From: Podarcis muralis | Lineage: Eukaryota | DNA length: 64,000 nucleotides | Assembly: GCF_964188315.1 (NCBI RefSeq) | Contig: NC_135655.1 | Coordinates: 34,100,001-34,164,000 of the forward strand | Direction of reading: 5' to 3' | Made by a program: the position numbers and the translations under genes | Shown: in pieces, positions 36,101 to 50,080 of the stretch | How the letters are laid out: every line of letters starts with the position of its first letter | Numbering within the stretch: position 1 is the stretch's first letter | The notes under the pieces: model-generated | Seen by the model: only the letters and a program-made list of their open reading frames with translations | Told to the model about the DNA's origin: nothing | The model's database searches: none

Positions 36101-39100
36101 AGCACAAAGTGCAAGTAGATAAATAGGTCTCTGGCGGGAAGGTAAACAGCGTTTCCGTTTGCTGCTCTGGTTCACCAGAAGCGGCTTAGTCATGCTGGCC
36201 ACATGACCCAGAAGCTGTACGCCGGCTCCCTTGGCCAATAAAGCGAGATGAGCACCACAACCCCAGAGTCGGCCACGACTAGACCTAATGGTCAGGGGTC
36301 CCTTTACCTTTACTTGAAATATAGTAGTAAAACCTGTTTGTCTGTCATAATCCAATTTAGAAAAGTAAACACATTTATGGTGTATTTGATTAATCTTATT
36401 TCAAACATTTTTTTACAAGGTATCTGATATATTTTCAATATAAAAATTTAGTTCTAAATTAGGAAGTTGTTCTTTGGAACTGAAAACTGCCTTTATACCA
36501 AGCCAGACCAGCTGGCTCAATATAGCCTCTACTGGGTGGAGAACCTATAGCCCTCCAGATGTTGCTGAAGTAAAACTCCCAGCATCCCTGACCATTAGTT
36601 GTGTTGGCTGAGGCTCATGGGAGCTGGAATCAAACAATATCTGAAGGGCCACAGATTGCTAGAGGGGATGAATCACCAGCTTGGGGGATAAAAAAAGGCA
36701 ACCCCAACCCTTAACTGGCCCCTTTTTGCAAACTCTTTAAGTGTTTTTGCCTGGCTGGAATGACTGCTTGAACTCTGATAATACATTTTGCTTTACTGGA
36801 AGGAGGGTAGAAAAGGGTGTGTGTAGCAACTAGACTACTTGCACAAAGATAACATTTACATTAATTGCTGTGCCCACTTGTGGCTCTGGCCCTGTCAATC
36901 AGTGGCCCTTGGGAATTTGTCCCCATGTCTGAAGAAAACTTCCCACCCCTGGTCTTACATCATCATGACTTCCCAACTGTTTTGAGTCCATGAGCACATT
37001 TGGAATTGTATTAAGAGTATTGTGAAAATGACCACTGCTGTAGGGAACAGGAGCAGTTACGAAACATTGAGAGTATCAGTATGCTCTTCTTGTTTTATTT
37101 CCATGTGTGTGTACTGCACACTCTGATCACACACACACACACATGCAATGGAGTGGGAGAGAGAGAAAGCCCCAAACAAAGAGGGGCGGGGCGGGGCCAA
37201 AAAAACATACAAAGCAGGAAGGAAGAGAACCACAGAGAAAGAGAATGCATAAAATGGTGAAAGGTGGGGGAAGCTCAGCCATGGATGGAAGAGCAGGAAA
37301 GGGCCAGTCTAAGTCTAGCATTGGTGTAGGACAGGGATCAGCAACCTTTTTCAGCCGTAGGCCAGTCCACTGTCCCTCAGACCATGTGGGGGGCCGGACT
37401 ATATTTTGAAGGGAAAAAAAGAATGAATTTCTATGCCCCACAAATAACCCAGGGATGCATTTTAAATAAAAGCACACATTCTACTCATGTAAAAACACCA
37501 GGCAGGCCCCAGAAATAACTCAGAGATGCATTTTAAATAAAAGGACACATTCTACACATGTAAAAACACCAATTCCCAGAGCATCCGCAGGCCGGATTGA
37601 GAAGGCGATTGGGTCGCATCCGGCCCATGGGCCTTAGGTTGCCTCCCCCTGGTGTAGGAGAAGCCCCCACTCGTCATAGCTTTACTGGTAGCTGCAGTAA
37701 TTACTTCCTGCTTCTCTGCTCAGCAAAACAGTAGTGAAATAATTGTCCTGTGTCTCTCTCCTCCCCTTGGGCTTCCTGATTTCTCCATGTTCCTGATAGT
37801 GTGCTGTAAAAAAGAGGACAGCCTTGTGTGGACACAATGAAAGATATCTGAGCATGCCATGGCATCCACAGGTGTTTCTTTGGGGAAAGGTGCCTTATAC
37901 TGCCCGACAGCAGCTCTTCAATGTTTCAGATGGAGTTCTTTCCCATCCCTGCTTGTAAATGCCAGGGAACGAACCTCAGACCTTTCAAGTGCAAAACATA
38001 TGCTCATCTGTTGAACAATAAGCTTTTAGTACTATTTATTTTAGTGATATTTATTAGGTACCATGGCCTTCATCCAGAGATTTCTGTGCATCAAGATGCA
38101 CATAAGGATCTCCTGCATGTTGGGTCTCTGTTCTTTTCAGTAGAGTGATGTAATTAGAGGAAAGGGTTGATTACACTGTATGCTTCAACTAACCATCTGT
38201 GTGTATTGTATAACATCAGAATCCGCAAGAAAAAAGAAGAAAGACTAAAAGGACAAGAACTAAAGATGAAAGAGAAGCAAGAGAAACTGAAAGAAGAGCA
38301 GAAAAATCCTGCAATTGACGTTTCAATTGGGTATGATCAGTTGTTAATAATTACATATATAATTAGGATAAGTGCTTAATTTCATATGCTAGGGTTAGTG
38401 TACACAGTTTCAATTTAAATATTTCCATCAACAATAAAAACTTCTTAGATTATCTTGCTTTCTGGTTATTATATTTACGTAATATGATCACAGGAAGATA
38501 AAATAGTTAAATATATATCAAATTTTATACTATAGGTGGGATAACATAGTAAAAGAGTTCAATACACACGCATGCACATTGATCTTTATTATAAAACACT
38601 TTGGAAAATCAAATGTGACCTATCAAAAGCCAGCCCAGCCAGATCCGTTTTCATCTCCAGTAAATGTGGACAGTGTGGAGTTCTCTGCTTGTGGGAGTAA
38701 CTTTATTCTGTGTGTCTTTTTCTTAATGTGGCGCACAGTGCAATTTTGCAGACCGCTCTATGGTGTGTTACAATATGCTATGCATGTGCAATTCCCTATA
38801 ACTCTTTGAACTTGGAGGGCTTTATATTTTTTGGTATGTCTATTGTATCAGTGAGGAGGAGCGGGAAGAGCTTGATACAAGCACAGAGAGCAAAGAAACT
38901 GAATCAAAGGAGCAAGACTTAGATGCTATGACAGATGAGGAAGATGACATTGTGCCAAACAAAAAGAGAAGAGGAGGTAAGTTCATTTCTAGTGCATTTT
39001 CATTGCTATGTATTGATTTTCTATTGCTGTACATTCTTGCTTCTAGGGTTTTTAATGGAAGGCAAGCGTAGAGTTAACTTCACTACCTGCATCATCCTGT

Positions 39101-42100
39101 TAGATAGAGCTTCATTTCTTTTTATGGATTTATAATTCCACTGATCTAGTTTGATACAAGGCTGCCTCATTCATTACCCTTTTCCATCATGGGTTTCTAA
39201 TACTTGTATCTACGGTACAAAACCTTTCCCCTCGTTTTATGAGCCAGCACAGTAGAGTAGTGGTTAGAGTGATGGACTAGAACTGAGGAGACCCACTTAA
39301 CCATGATGTTCACTAGGTGCTCTTGGGTGTAACTTATCTCCCAGGGTTGCTGTGAAAATAAAAGAGGAAGGAAGAAGAGCCATGTACACTTCCTTGAGCT
39401 CCTTGAAGGCGAGGTGGAATGCAAATGTAAGAAATTAGTTCAGAAACATGCAGAAGACAGAATTTCCATATAAAAATTGTGAATTGGGCCTATAAAGACA
39501 TTAGTTGATTGATGGTACAAAAAGAGCAGAAGAAAAATTTAGAAGTTACGATATCTTGCTACCTGCTTGAAATTTTCTTGTGTTATTTGTTTGGGCAAAC
39601 GCCTGCTTGTGCTACTCTAAGCTACCTGTGCTATGTATAGTTGTGTCACTTTGGTCAGTGAGTGGCCAGGTAATGTATTAAATAAAGAAATAAAACATTT
39701 TTGCTTGCTCTTTCAGGAAGAAGACAGAATGGCTTTAAAGATCTGGCAAGGCAAATAGAGACAACTGGTGAAAAACGTGAGCCACTCACTCCAGAGGAGG
39801 AAGAAGCTTTAAAACAGGAACAGCAAGCAAAAGAAAGGGAACTTACAGAAAAGATTCAGAAAGCCACAGCCTGTACAAATATCTCTCCTTTGGGCCGGGA
39901 CCGCCTATACCGACGCTACTGGGTTTTCCCATCTGTTCCAGGATTATTTGTGGAAGAAGACTATTCTGGTCTTACAGAAGATATGTTGTTGCCTCGGCCG
40001 TCTTCATTTCAAAATAATGTACAGAGTCACATTGCAGATAAATCTCAGACTGCTACTAAAACTTCAGAGTCTTTGAAGACAGAATCTACCTCTAACAGTC
40101 ACCAAGATTTCCATACTGGTGCTACTGTGCAAGTGTCGTTGCCAATACATAAGCCAAACCGGTGGTGCTTTTACAGTTCTCAGGAACAACTGAACCAACT
40201 TCTAGCAGCTCTCAATTCCAGAGGATACAGGGAAAGTGCCTTAAAGGAAATTCTTTTGCAGGAAAAAAACAGAATATCTAAACAACTGGACAGTTTTGCT
40301 GTAGAAAAATTCCATATTTCAGGTAAATATTCTGGATTTTGTGGAGTATATCGTGGGTGGGGATTGCCTGCGCCTTACCTTCTCCACTCCTTCCTTCCTT
40401 CCTTCCTTCCTTCCTTCCTGTGCTGAGTACCGGTTTCACCCCAGTGCCTTGCAGGGCCAATGCAGCTTGCTCCTCCCTCAACTCTTCAACGTCGCAATGT
40501 GTCACTATATCACGATGTTTGGCTGGTGATAGCAGTGTTGAAAAGCTGATATCACCCAGTCCTATTCACAGTTCAAAATGTGAACACAAAATACATAATT
40601 AAAAAGAAGAACGAGAATGAAAACAAACCAATATCCCCTGCTCCCACAAACACATTTAAATGTTAAGCAGCCAGAACCAAAGGCCTGATTAAAGAGAAAC
40701 ATTTTTGCCTGATGCCTAAAGATATGCAATGAAGGTGCCAGGTGAGCCTTTCTGGGGAGAACATTCCACAAACGGAGCCACCACAGAAAAAGCAGTGTGC
40801 ACCTGCTCATTCACATTAAAACAAAGTAGTGTAAACTATGGCTTAATGTAATATTCAAAGCCATAGCCTAGCTTGCCATTTTCTGCTGGAAAACAAAGTG
40901 TTGTCTTACACAAAACAAACCAGAAAAAATATACAGTGGTACCTCAGGTTACATATGCTTCAGGTTACAGACTCCGCTAACCCAGAAATAGTATATCGGG
41001 TTAAGAACTTTGCTTCAGGATGAGAACAGAAATCATGCAGCGGTGGCACAGTGGCAACAGCAAGAGGCCCCATTAGCTAAAGTGGTGCTTTAGGTTAAGA
41101 ACAGACCTCCAGAATGAATTACCGTATTTTTTGCTCTATAGGACGCACTTTCCCCCCTCCAGAAATTAAGGGGAAATGTGTGTGCGTCCTGTGGAGCGAA
41201 TGCAGGCTCCTTCGCTTCAGCGATAGCAACGCGAAGTCTCCGAAGCACAGAGGGAGCGCTCCCCCCGTGCTCTGGAGGCTTCGCGTTGCTTTCGCTGAAG
41301 CCGGGACAGCAAGACTCTCCTGGCTTCTGCAGAGAGGGAGAGCTGCGCAGCGCCCCTTCAGCCAAAACGGGAGGAGAAATGGAAGGGGCTTTGTTTCTCC
41401 TGCCGCTTTGCTGAAGGGGCGCTGAACAGAGAAGGGGAGATTTTTTTTTTCTTGTTCTCCCCCTCTAAAACAAGGTGCATCCTATGGAGCGAAAAATACG
41501 GTGAGTTCTTAACCTGAGGTACCACTGTAGTTTATGGATGTTGTTTGATACAATAGCACACAAGTGGGGAACCATGTCCCAGATCCTTAGAAGAATTGCC
41601 CTTGCTGGCCAAATGAGGTAGGTGGCTTCTCTCACCAACCTGTGGGTGCTTGTTTTCTGCTAGGAACGTGTGTCCTCAGTGCAGGGTTGAATTCCACTCT
41701 CTCACCCTTTAACTGACATCACAAGTGCAGTCAGTTGATTGTCAGGTAGGTGTGGTTTGAGGGAAATGGGATTCATGGGACATATTGGACCACCCTGCAG
41801 GCCACAGGTTCCCCGCCGCTCTGCAATAGCAATTTACCACTGCATTCCAAATAACAGCCTTCTAATTTGAAGCTGTCTTGGGTTTTACACTTTCCTTATT
41901 TGTGGTCATTTGAGCTGATGTGAATTTTTTGTTTGGGGAGAAAAAAATGTAATTGGCTTTGGTGATACTCACCTGTCTATACTGCTCTTAGACAATTTGT
42001 TTAGGTAGCATGCTTTTGGTCTTGGTTTGAAGGAGCTATAACTTCTTTATATTTTAATGCTCGTTTGGAAACTGCTACTGAAGGTATTGGTTACTTTTAC

Positions 42101-45100
42101 AGAGAAACCTCAAAATGAAAGCAAGTTGTATCCAGTACGTGGGAAAACACAGAATACATATGATGCAGCTCCGATGTCTGCAGAAAAGCAGCTTGAATTG
42201 AGGCTCAGAGACTTTCTTTTGGATATTGAAGACAGAATCTATCAAGGAACTTTGGGCTGTATTAAGGTATTTTACTATTTGTGTTTTTATGATGAATATT
42301 GTGCCTTAAAACCTGCTTGACCTCTGTGGACATAATACCTTTCCCTCAAACCAGAAGATCTTAATAATTTTAGACCAATAGCAAATGTCCCCTTTTGGGC
42401 AAGGTTCTTGAGAGTGGTTGCCAGCCGGGTCCAGGTATTGTTGGAGGAGGCAAATTTTCTAGATCCATATAAATATGGGTTTCGGCCTGATTTTGGTATG
42501 GAAACTGTCTTCGTCACCCTGTACGATGGAGAGAGACAGGGAGTGCTGGTTATTTCTTGTTCTCCTGTGATATTATACAGTGGTACCTCGGGTTAAGTCC
42601 TTAATTTGTTCCGGAGGACCATTCTTAACCTGAAACTGTTCTTAACCTGAAGCACCACTTTAGCTAATGGGGCCTCCAGCTGCTGCTGCTGCACCGCCAC
42701 CCGAGGTACTATTTCTAGGTTAGCGGAGTCTGTAACAAGAAGCGTATGTAACATGAAGCGTATGTAACCCGAGGTACCACTGTACTGAAAAGTGGGGTTA
42801 GCTCTCCCAGTGCTTGAAGCCTGGAACGAAGTCGCCTCACAAAACCTTTTCCAGCTCCATTTCCTTGAAGCAACCCCAGTTACTTTCCTGTGTTTCACTT
42901 GAGGCAGTAGCATTTCTGCATTTTTAAAATTTATTTTGCATTTCTGCTATATCAGTGTGATTCAGGCCTGTGTTCCTGTGTCTGGTTTTTGTTTGTTTTT
43001 TGTTCGCTGTATACCAAGGACACGTTTAGTGTTGTTAACGGTGGATACTTGTGATTTTTACTTGTTAAGTGAATCAATTTAGAAAGTGAGTTAATTTGGA
43101 TAATGGACTGGAAGAGCGTCAAAACTGAAGCTCAAACAAACAAGATTGAAATGCTGCTGGTGGGTGATTCCTCTTACCAGCTGAATAGTGGGCAGCCTGC
43201 TCTATATGGGGTCACACTCCCTCCGAAGGGAGTGAGTTTGTAGTTTGATGATTCTCCTGGATCCATTGCTGTCACTTGAGGCACAGATGGCCCCTGCGGT
43301 GTGGAGCGATTTCCATCAGCTTAGACTGGTAGCTAAACTTTATCTGGACAGGATAACTTGGCTACAGTAATCTATGCTCTTGTAATCTCAGGGTTGAACT
43401 GATGCAACATGCTTTATGTTGGGCTGCCTTTGAAAACACTTCTGAAGCTTCAGTTAGTGCAGAATGCAGCTGGCCAGCTGTTGACAGGTTCCAGGCAAAC
43501 AGTTCATTATTACACTAAATCTGATACATCTATGATAGCTGCCAGTATGCTTTCAAGCCACATTCAAAGTGCTGATTTTTACTTAGGAAGCTGTTTATGA
43601 CTCAGGATCTTTTGGAACACCTATTCCAATATGAACCTTCACAGACTCTTGGAACTTCTTCAGAACCCCTTCTCCATGTCCCCCCTCTGAGGGAAGCTTG
43701 GAGGGTGGTGGCAAGGGCATGGGTCTTTTCAGTTGCATCTGTGGAATGCTCTCCCCCAGTGAGGTCCACATAGTACCATTATTGAAATCTTTCTGGTGTC
43801 AAGTAAAAACTTCTCTTTTTTTCCTCAGTGTGCTGCCAAGCTCTCTGTGGCTGTTAAATACATTATTTTTTATTTTTTAATGGTATAATGTGTGTATATT
43901 TATGTTTTTAAATGTGTTATAAATCACTTGGAGACCTTGGGGTAACAAGTGACTAACAGGTCTAATAATTAATAATTTTCCATTTGCTTGAAAATGCAAC
44001 TTTTAAAATCAGCTTTGTTTTAAGCCTTTCAATAATTGTATTATGCTTTATAGGTAGCAGACAGGCAAACTTGGAGGACAGCCTTAGAAAGTGGGCAATA
44101 CGAGTTACTAAATGATGAAAACAAAGAAAATGGTATAATGAAAACTGTGACTGATGACGTAGAAGAGATGGAAGTAGATAATCAAGCAAGAGGTATTGCA
44201 AGAGACAGGTAATACCAGCAACCTTTTAGTTGTGCTATTTAAAATTAATAATGGGATGGGTAGTTTGCTTTTCATTCTTTTGCTCCACTTTATCCAGTGA
44301 AGAATGAAATTTTTGAGGGGGGTGGTTCTTAACTAAAAGCATTTCCCTGCATTGTGGTATTTTTAGCAAGGCCAATTCTTCCAAGGATCTGGGACATGGT
44401 TCCCCACTCCTGTGCTATTGTATCAAACAACATCCATAAACTATATTTTTGCTGGTTTGTTTTGTGTAAGACAACACTTTGTTTTCCAGCAGAAAATGGC
44501 AAGCTAGGCACTCACCCTCAAAAGCATGGCTTTGTTTTGAAAACGCTTGAGGACAAAAATTTGGCACAGCCCTAGTAGTGATGCTGTAATCATGTTAAAT
44601 ATATTTGATGTTTGGCTTTCTCTGGAAATTGCTGAACAAATGACACCTTCTTGATTATTACCAATTATGATGTCAAGAGACAGCATTCCTATTTTCAGTT
44701 CCGTGAAGCAATAAAATAGCATAGGTGTTTCATTGTGAAATAATGGCTGCATTCTTTCATTACTAAAATTGTGTGTTTGATCTACGCAACTCAAATATAT
44801 CAATGTATTTGGATTATAAGATTTCTAAACTAATTTTATTTTCAATTGCTGAATTTTTTCTTTTTGTTTTGGAGTTTACAAATCCTCAAAGCACCTATAT
44901 TGTAGCCCTTATTTCTTTCCAATACAGTGGTACCTCGGTTTACGAACTTAATCCGTTCTGGTGCCCTTCCACCGTTCAGCTTCCGTTCATAAACTGAGGT
45001 AAAGTTCGCAAACTGGAACACTACATCTGGTTTTGCGGAGTTCGTAAACCGAATAGTTCGTAGACAGGACTGTTGTAAACCAAGGTACCACTGTATTCTG

Positions 45101-48100
45101 TTTCTTGAGATGACACCTGTGTGAGCTTTTCCATAACTGATTTAACTGACCTGACCTGAGAATTGTGCTCTTTCTTTGTTAGTTTAAAGTTATGTTTAAC
45201 ACCATTGATGGCATATTTGACTTGCACTGCTGAGGCCAGTTTCACATAAGATAAATTTTGTACACAGATACTCTGTCTCAGGTGAATCAAGTGTGTAGGT
45301 CTTTTTTGCTTCACGTACTTAAGGGCTGTGATTAGTGCTTATTTTTGTGGCTAATACATATTCGAAAACGAGTGTGCTAATCACACATTACTGGTATATG
45401 CTGGCTATACACAATTGCTATACAGAAATGATTGTGTAAGAAATTGTGTGAAGTGGCCCTGTTAGGGATTTTTGTAACACACAAGAGTATGTTGAGGTGA
45501 TATCAGGTAATGTTCTTTTGAGATCTTACTTGGAGCAGAAAGCATAGCTCCTGGAAAACACTACTTCAAAAGTTTCAGTTTCGTTTCTTTGGATGAGGCC
45601 TATATAGAAGTTACTAGTACATTGTGCACAGCATCCATGGAAATCGCTCTTAGTGATTAGATTAATATAAATATTTATATATGTATTAATGAAAGTTCCA
45701 AGAGAGACTTCATAGTTATTATTCTGCATATACACTACCTAAACTTGATTTGTGTACTTGGTTACTTGTGGAACAAATGCTTATTTATTTTAATGAAGTC
45801 CACAGAATGCATGTTTGTACATTCTTGTTCTGCTTACACCACCAATACAATATAAAAAGTATATGTAGTTTAAAACTGATGAATTTTAAACTTTAATTTA
45901 GATTGATTGTATTAAAACCTGAACCTAGAAGCACCGCTTCAACTAATACAAGCACTCCGCAGCCCGTGAATAATGTTGTCCATTACTTGGCATCAGCACT
46001 GCTTCAAATACAGCAAGGCATTGAACGTAAATTCCTCAAAGCTCCACTTGGTATGTACCTACTTCTAGAGCCCTGTGCTGGTTATGAACAAAAGAATAGT
46101 CCATGTCCAAAGAATGTGTCGACAAATTGCCAGTTACTGTACTGAACAAGTTTTAACAAATGCAAAATTGCTTTAAACTGTGTTGTGTTTTAAATTGCTG
46201 CAACTCACCCGGGACCTTATGGTGGTGAAGGGCAAGTAAACTCAAAATAAGAATGGTGATGAAAATGCTCTAGAATTGCCAATCTGGAGTCAGGTGGCCT
46301 GGAACATATTTGAAATAAATCCGCCACAAAAGTGGGATGAATGGATTGTGTGGGTGTTTGGCCACACCTGAACACAAGATTCACTTCCTTGATTCACTGT
46401 GTTCATAATTGTTGGGGGAAATGTGATCCACTTGGCAAATGATGAATGATGGTAAGCAGAGGTGCCAGATTGCGAGGGCTAATGTCATGCATGTGATGCC
46501 ACACGTGACATTGATGTCCCATGTACAATGTCAGGACGTCAGGAGGGACCAGAGGCGGAGCCAAACACGGCACCTTCAGGGCTTCAGTGACGGGGGCTCC
46601 TCCTTCACCGACGGGAGGCTGCTTCGACCCTCCTTCCCCTCTGCGGTGGCAGGAGAAGGAGCGGGCTACTAGAGCTGCACTACGTGTGTCTCCGTGCTTT
46701 GCCTCTGCGCTTTTGGACATTGAGGGGGTGGGCCCTACCCCCAAAATACTCAGGGGGCCCAAAAGGGCTCGGCCCCCAGGAGCTGATACCCCTGATGGTA
46801 AGAAAGCATCTTGTGTACTGTGAGCATAGGCCTAGGGTATGCATGGTTACTTTTGGAATAGGAAGCACCTCTTCCTATCCCTTTGTACTGATCTGGGAAT
46901 GTGCTAATAGATCATGTGAAGAGACGTGATGTAACACAGCTCTGGATATTGATGCACATCCAAATATCAACATTAACTGCTTAGTTTTAGGGAAATAGGG
47001 TGAGCATGCTAGTGAAAGGTTCCCGTTTATTTCCAAACCAGGCTTGAAATAACTGTATGCGTTTAACACTAGGTGATGCAGAAGACAATAAAAGAGACCA
47101 AAAAGGGGATAAAAGGAGGAAAAGAGAAGATCAGCCTAGTCAGAAAGATGGTAAATGATTGACATTATTCCATATTTAATCTTTTAAAATTACATTTCAT
47201 CTGCTGCAGGTGTCTTTAGTATATTAGTCCCATGATCAACTTTTGAGTATAGCAATGCAGCTTTGAAATAATGGGCAGTATCAAACTAAACCTTTCCATG
47301 AGCATGAGCACTTTTGGCTGCATAAGAGAACTTTCCCTCTTCCCACAAGCCCCACCAAAGCTGTTGTTTGCTTTCCTCCAAACATCCAGAGCAGTTTTAG
47401 AGGGCCGACAGGGAAAGGAGAGGGAGGGGAAGTTCCTTGCACAGCCAAATCTGCTTGTAATATTGGAAATGTTTATTGGATACCACCACATAGAATCACA
47501 GTTGTGAAAGTCTTTTTAGAAAGGAATAGTGAAGAGCTTAAGGATAAAATATTTCACTGAACTTTTACCTTTATTTTGGTGTCTTGACCCGTAAAAGATT
47601 CCTAATGCTACAGCGATCTCTGTAGCCAAACTGAAATCCAACCATATATCTTGAGCTGGTTCAGTGCCTTCTGAAATCAAAGTTTTCCTCTGTGAAGGTA
47701 GTGATAACTAGAAAAAAGTCAGGACAGGGTTACACTGCCCCTAACTCAATATCTGCTTCACTATTGATACTGAGCAAGTTCTCTAGCGCACCTAAAACAC
47801 TGCACTAACGGAGAGGAATCTCCTTCTACTTGGGCAGCTGCATTTGCATGTTGCAATAAACTGTAGTCAATGGTTTACCGTGAAAGCAGACAGCTCCCAT
47901 TTCACTTCTCCGTTAGCACAAGTAGAGTGACAAACCATGTTGCTTGACATAGTGCTACATATGAATTAAAGGATTGTGGTTGCTTCGCTTCAGACTATGA
48001 TTGGGAAGCCCAAAGTTGTTCTCGGCTACCCAGTCATGGTTTGTTCGTATGAAACAAGCCAGGATCCCCATCTGAGACGCAGCGCTCAGTCAGGGATCAT

Positions 48101-50048
48101 GTTTTATTCCCTCCACTTGCACTAGGGCCGTGGTTCCCAATGTGGGGCACACACACCACAGGGGGGCAATCTGATATATTTTGGGGGGGGCACAATTCAG
48201 GGATGAGTTAACAGTGAATGGCCTTTTAGGCTTGCTCCATGTGAATAGGAGTTCACTTTTTGAATAAGAATTATGTCACGGGGTGGGGGGTGGGAGGCAT
48301 CAGGATTTTAAAGATGCTTAGGTGGGGCATGGCCAAGAAAGGTTGGGAACCACTGCACTAGGGGAAGAACAATATCCGTGTTCACAACAAACCATAAGCT
48401 ATATGTACAAATGTGGCCACTCATGTCCTTTTTGTTTAAAACATTTTGAGCTCACTCTTCTGCCTTAATGTGAGGCACTCATGGTGACTTGCAACAAAAA
48501 TCATAAAAAATAGAATGCTCATGAAATTATATAAGATAAACTTAAGAAGTTAAAGAAACCGCGAAACAATAGAAAACCAGCAATAGGCATTCAAGTGTTT
48601 GACAAACCAAAAGCTTGTTAGAACAAAGAGAACTTTAGCTTGACCCAAATGTAACAGGTGATCGTGCCAGCTGGTAATCCAGAATCAGGACTTGGCCACA
48701 GAGAAGGCCTTGCTTGTATTCCAAATGAACGAAGCTTGCAGCAGGCCCTCTCCTCTTGATCTTGAGGGAATGGGCAAGTTGATACAGTTAGAGGTAGTCC
48801 TTTGTATAATCTGGTATCAAGTCATTTAGAACTTGTCTCCAGTGTAGCTTGTGTACCAGGACAACCTAGGCGCTATCAGTGCTGCAGTCTGCCCAGTGGC
48901 TCCTCATTTGCATACCCTGCCTCTAGCTGTCAGCAGTAGGTCTGTGCAATGCATGAGCACATGTGGGAGCAGAAGCTGGTTAGAGAGGGAGGCTGAAGCA
49001 TTCAAAGTCGGAGTGGAAGCAAGCAAGAAAGATGGGGTAATGAATAGACAGTGTGGTTGGTGCCAGAGATGGAGGGGAAGGAAGGAGGGGGGCAAAAGGG
49101 ATGGTTGTACCGAGAGAAAGAAGAAGCACCTGGTGGTTGCTGTACCTTCTGGCCTTCCCCTTCTTTCTTCCTCAACCCCCACCCCTAAGTCTTCCGACTT
49201 TGTGCCTGGTCTGCCACCAAGCCAGGAAGTCTGCCCTGACTGACTCCTAGGTGATAGCCATCTCTTCTACTCGGAAGAATGAGGCATTGAGCAGTGATGC
49301 AGGAACTGGAGAACCAGTGTGCCTGGGTGGGTGGAGAAGGGGGAACTGAGTAAAGGTGGCTGGGAAATGGAAAAGTTGTCCGGGGGGGGGGGGGCACCTG
49401 AGGGCAAGGAACTGGAGAGTTCACTGAAATAAATTAGAAAGAGAAAATATTAATATTTTAAAATAAGAATAAACTGGGAGTAGAGAGGAAGGGGATAAAA
49501 GAGGGAAGCTGTAATAGAGGAAGAAGTGGACATAAAAGGAACAGGAATTAAGGAAACGGACAGTTTGGGTTTGGGGAAGAGAGTGCAAGTTAACTGAAAG
49601 GAGGAGAGAAGGTCCCCTAATTTGAGTAAGTTTGTTTTCTCCTGCTCTGGAGGCTAGTACCTGAGCCAAAAGATTCAAGTTACAGGAAGGGAGATTCTGA
49701 CTAAACATCAGGAAGAACTGTATGGCAATAAGAGATGTTCCACAGTGGAACAGATTCCTTCAAGAGGTGGTGGACTGTTCTTCATTGGAGGTTTATAAGC
49801 AGAGGTTGGGTGGCCTTCTGTCATGGATGAGATTCCTGCATTGCAGGGGGTTGGACTAAATGACCCTCTGGGTCCAACTCTACAATTCTCAGACTCTATG
49901 ATTCTCTGCAAATTCTTGGAGCTTTTATTGCCTTATAAGCAGCTAAATCCTTATTTGTTGAGGGTAATGAAGCTTCAAAAAGGATTATCACCCAAGTGCC
50001 TATACATCATTTCCTGAATGGATGAATTGCTTATTGGGAAATGCGCAC

Positions 50049-50080
<32 letters not shown>

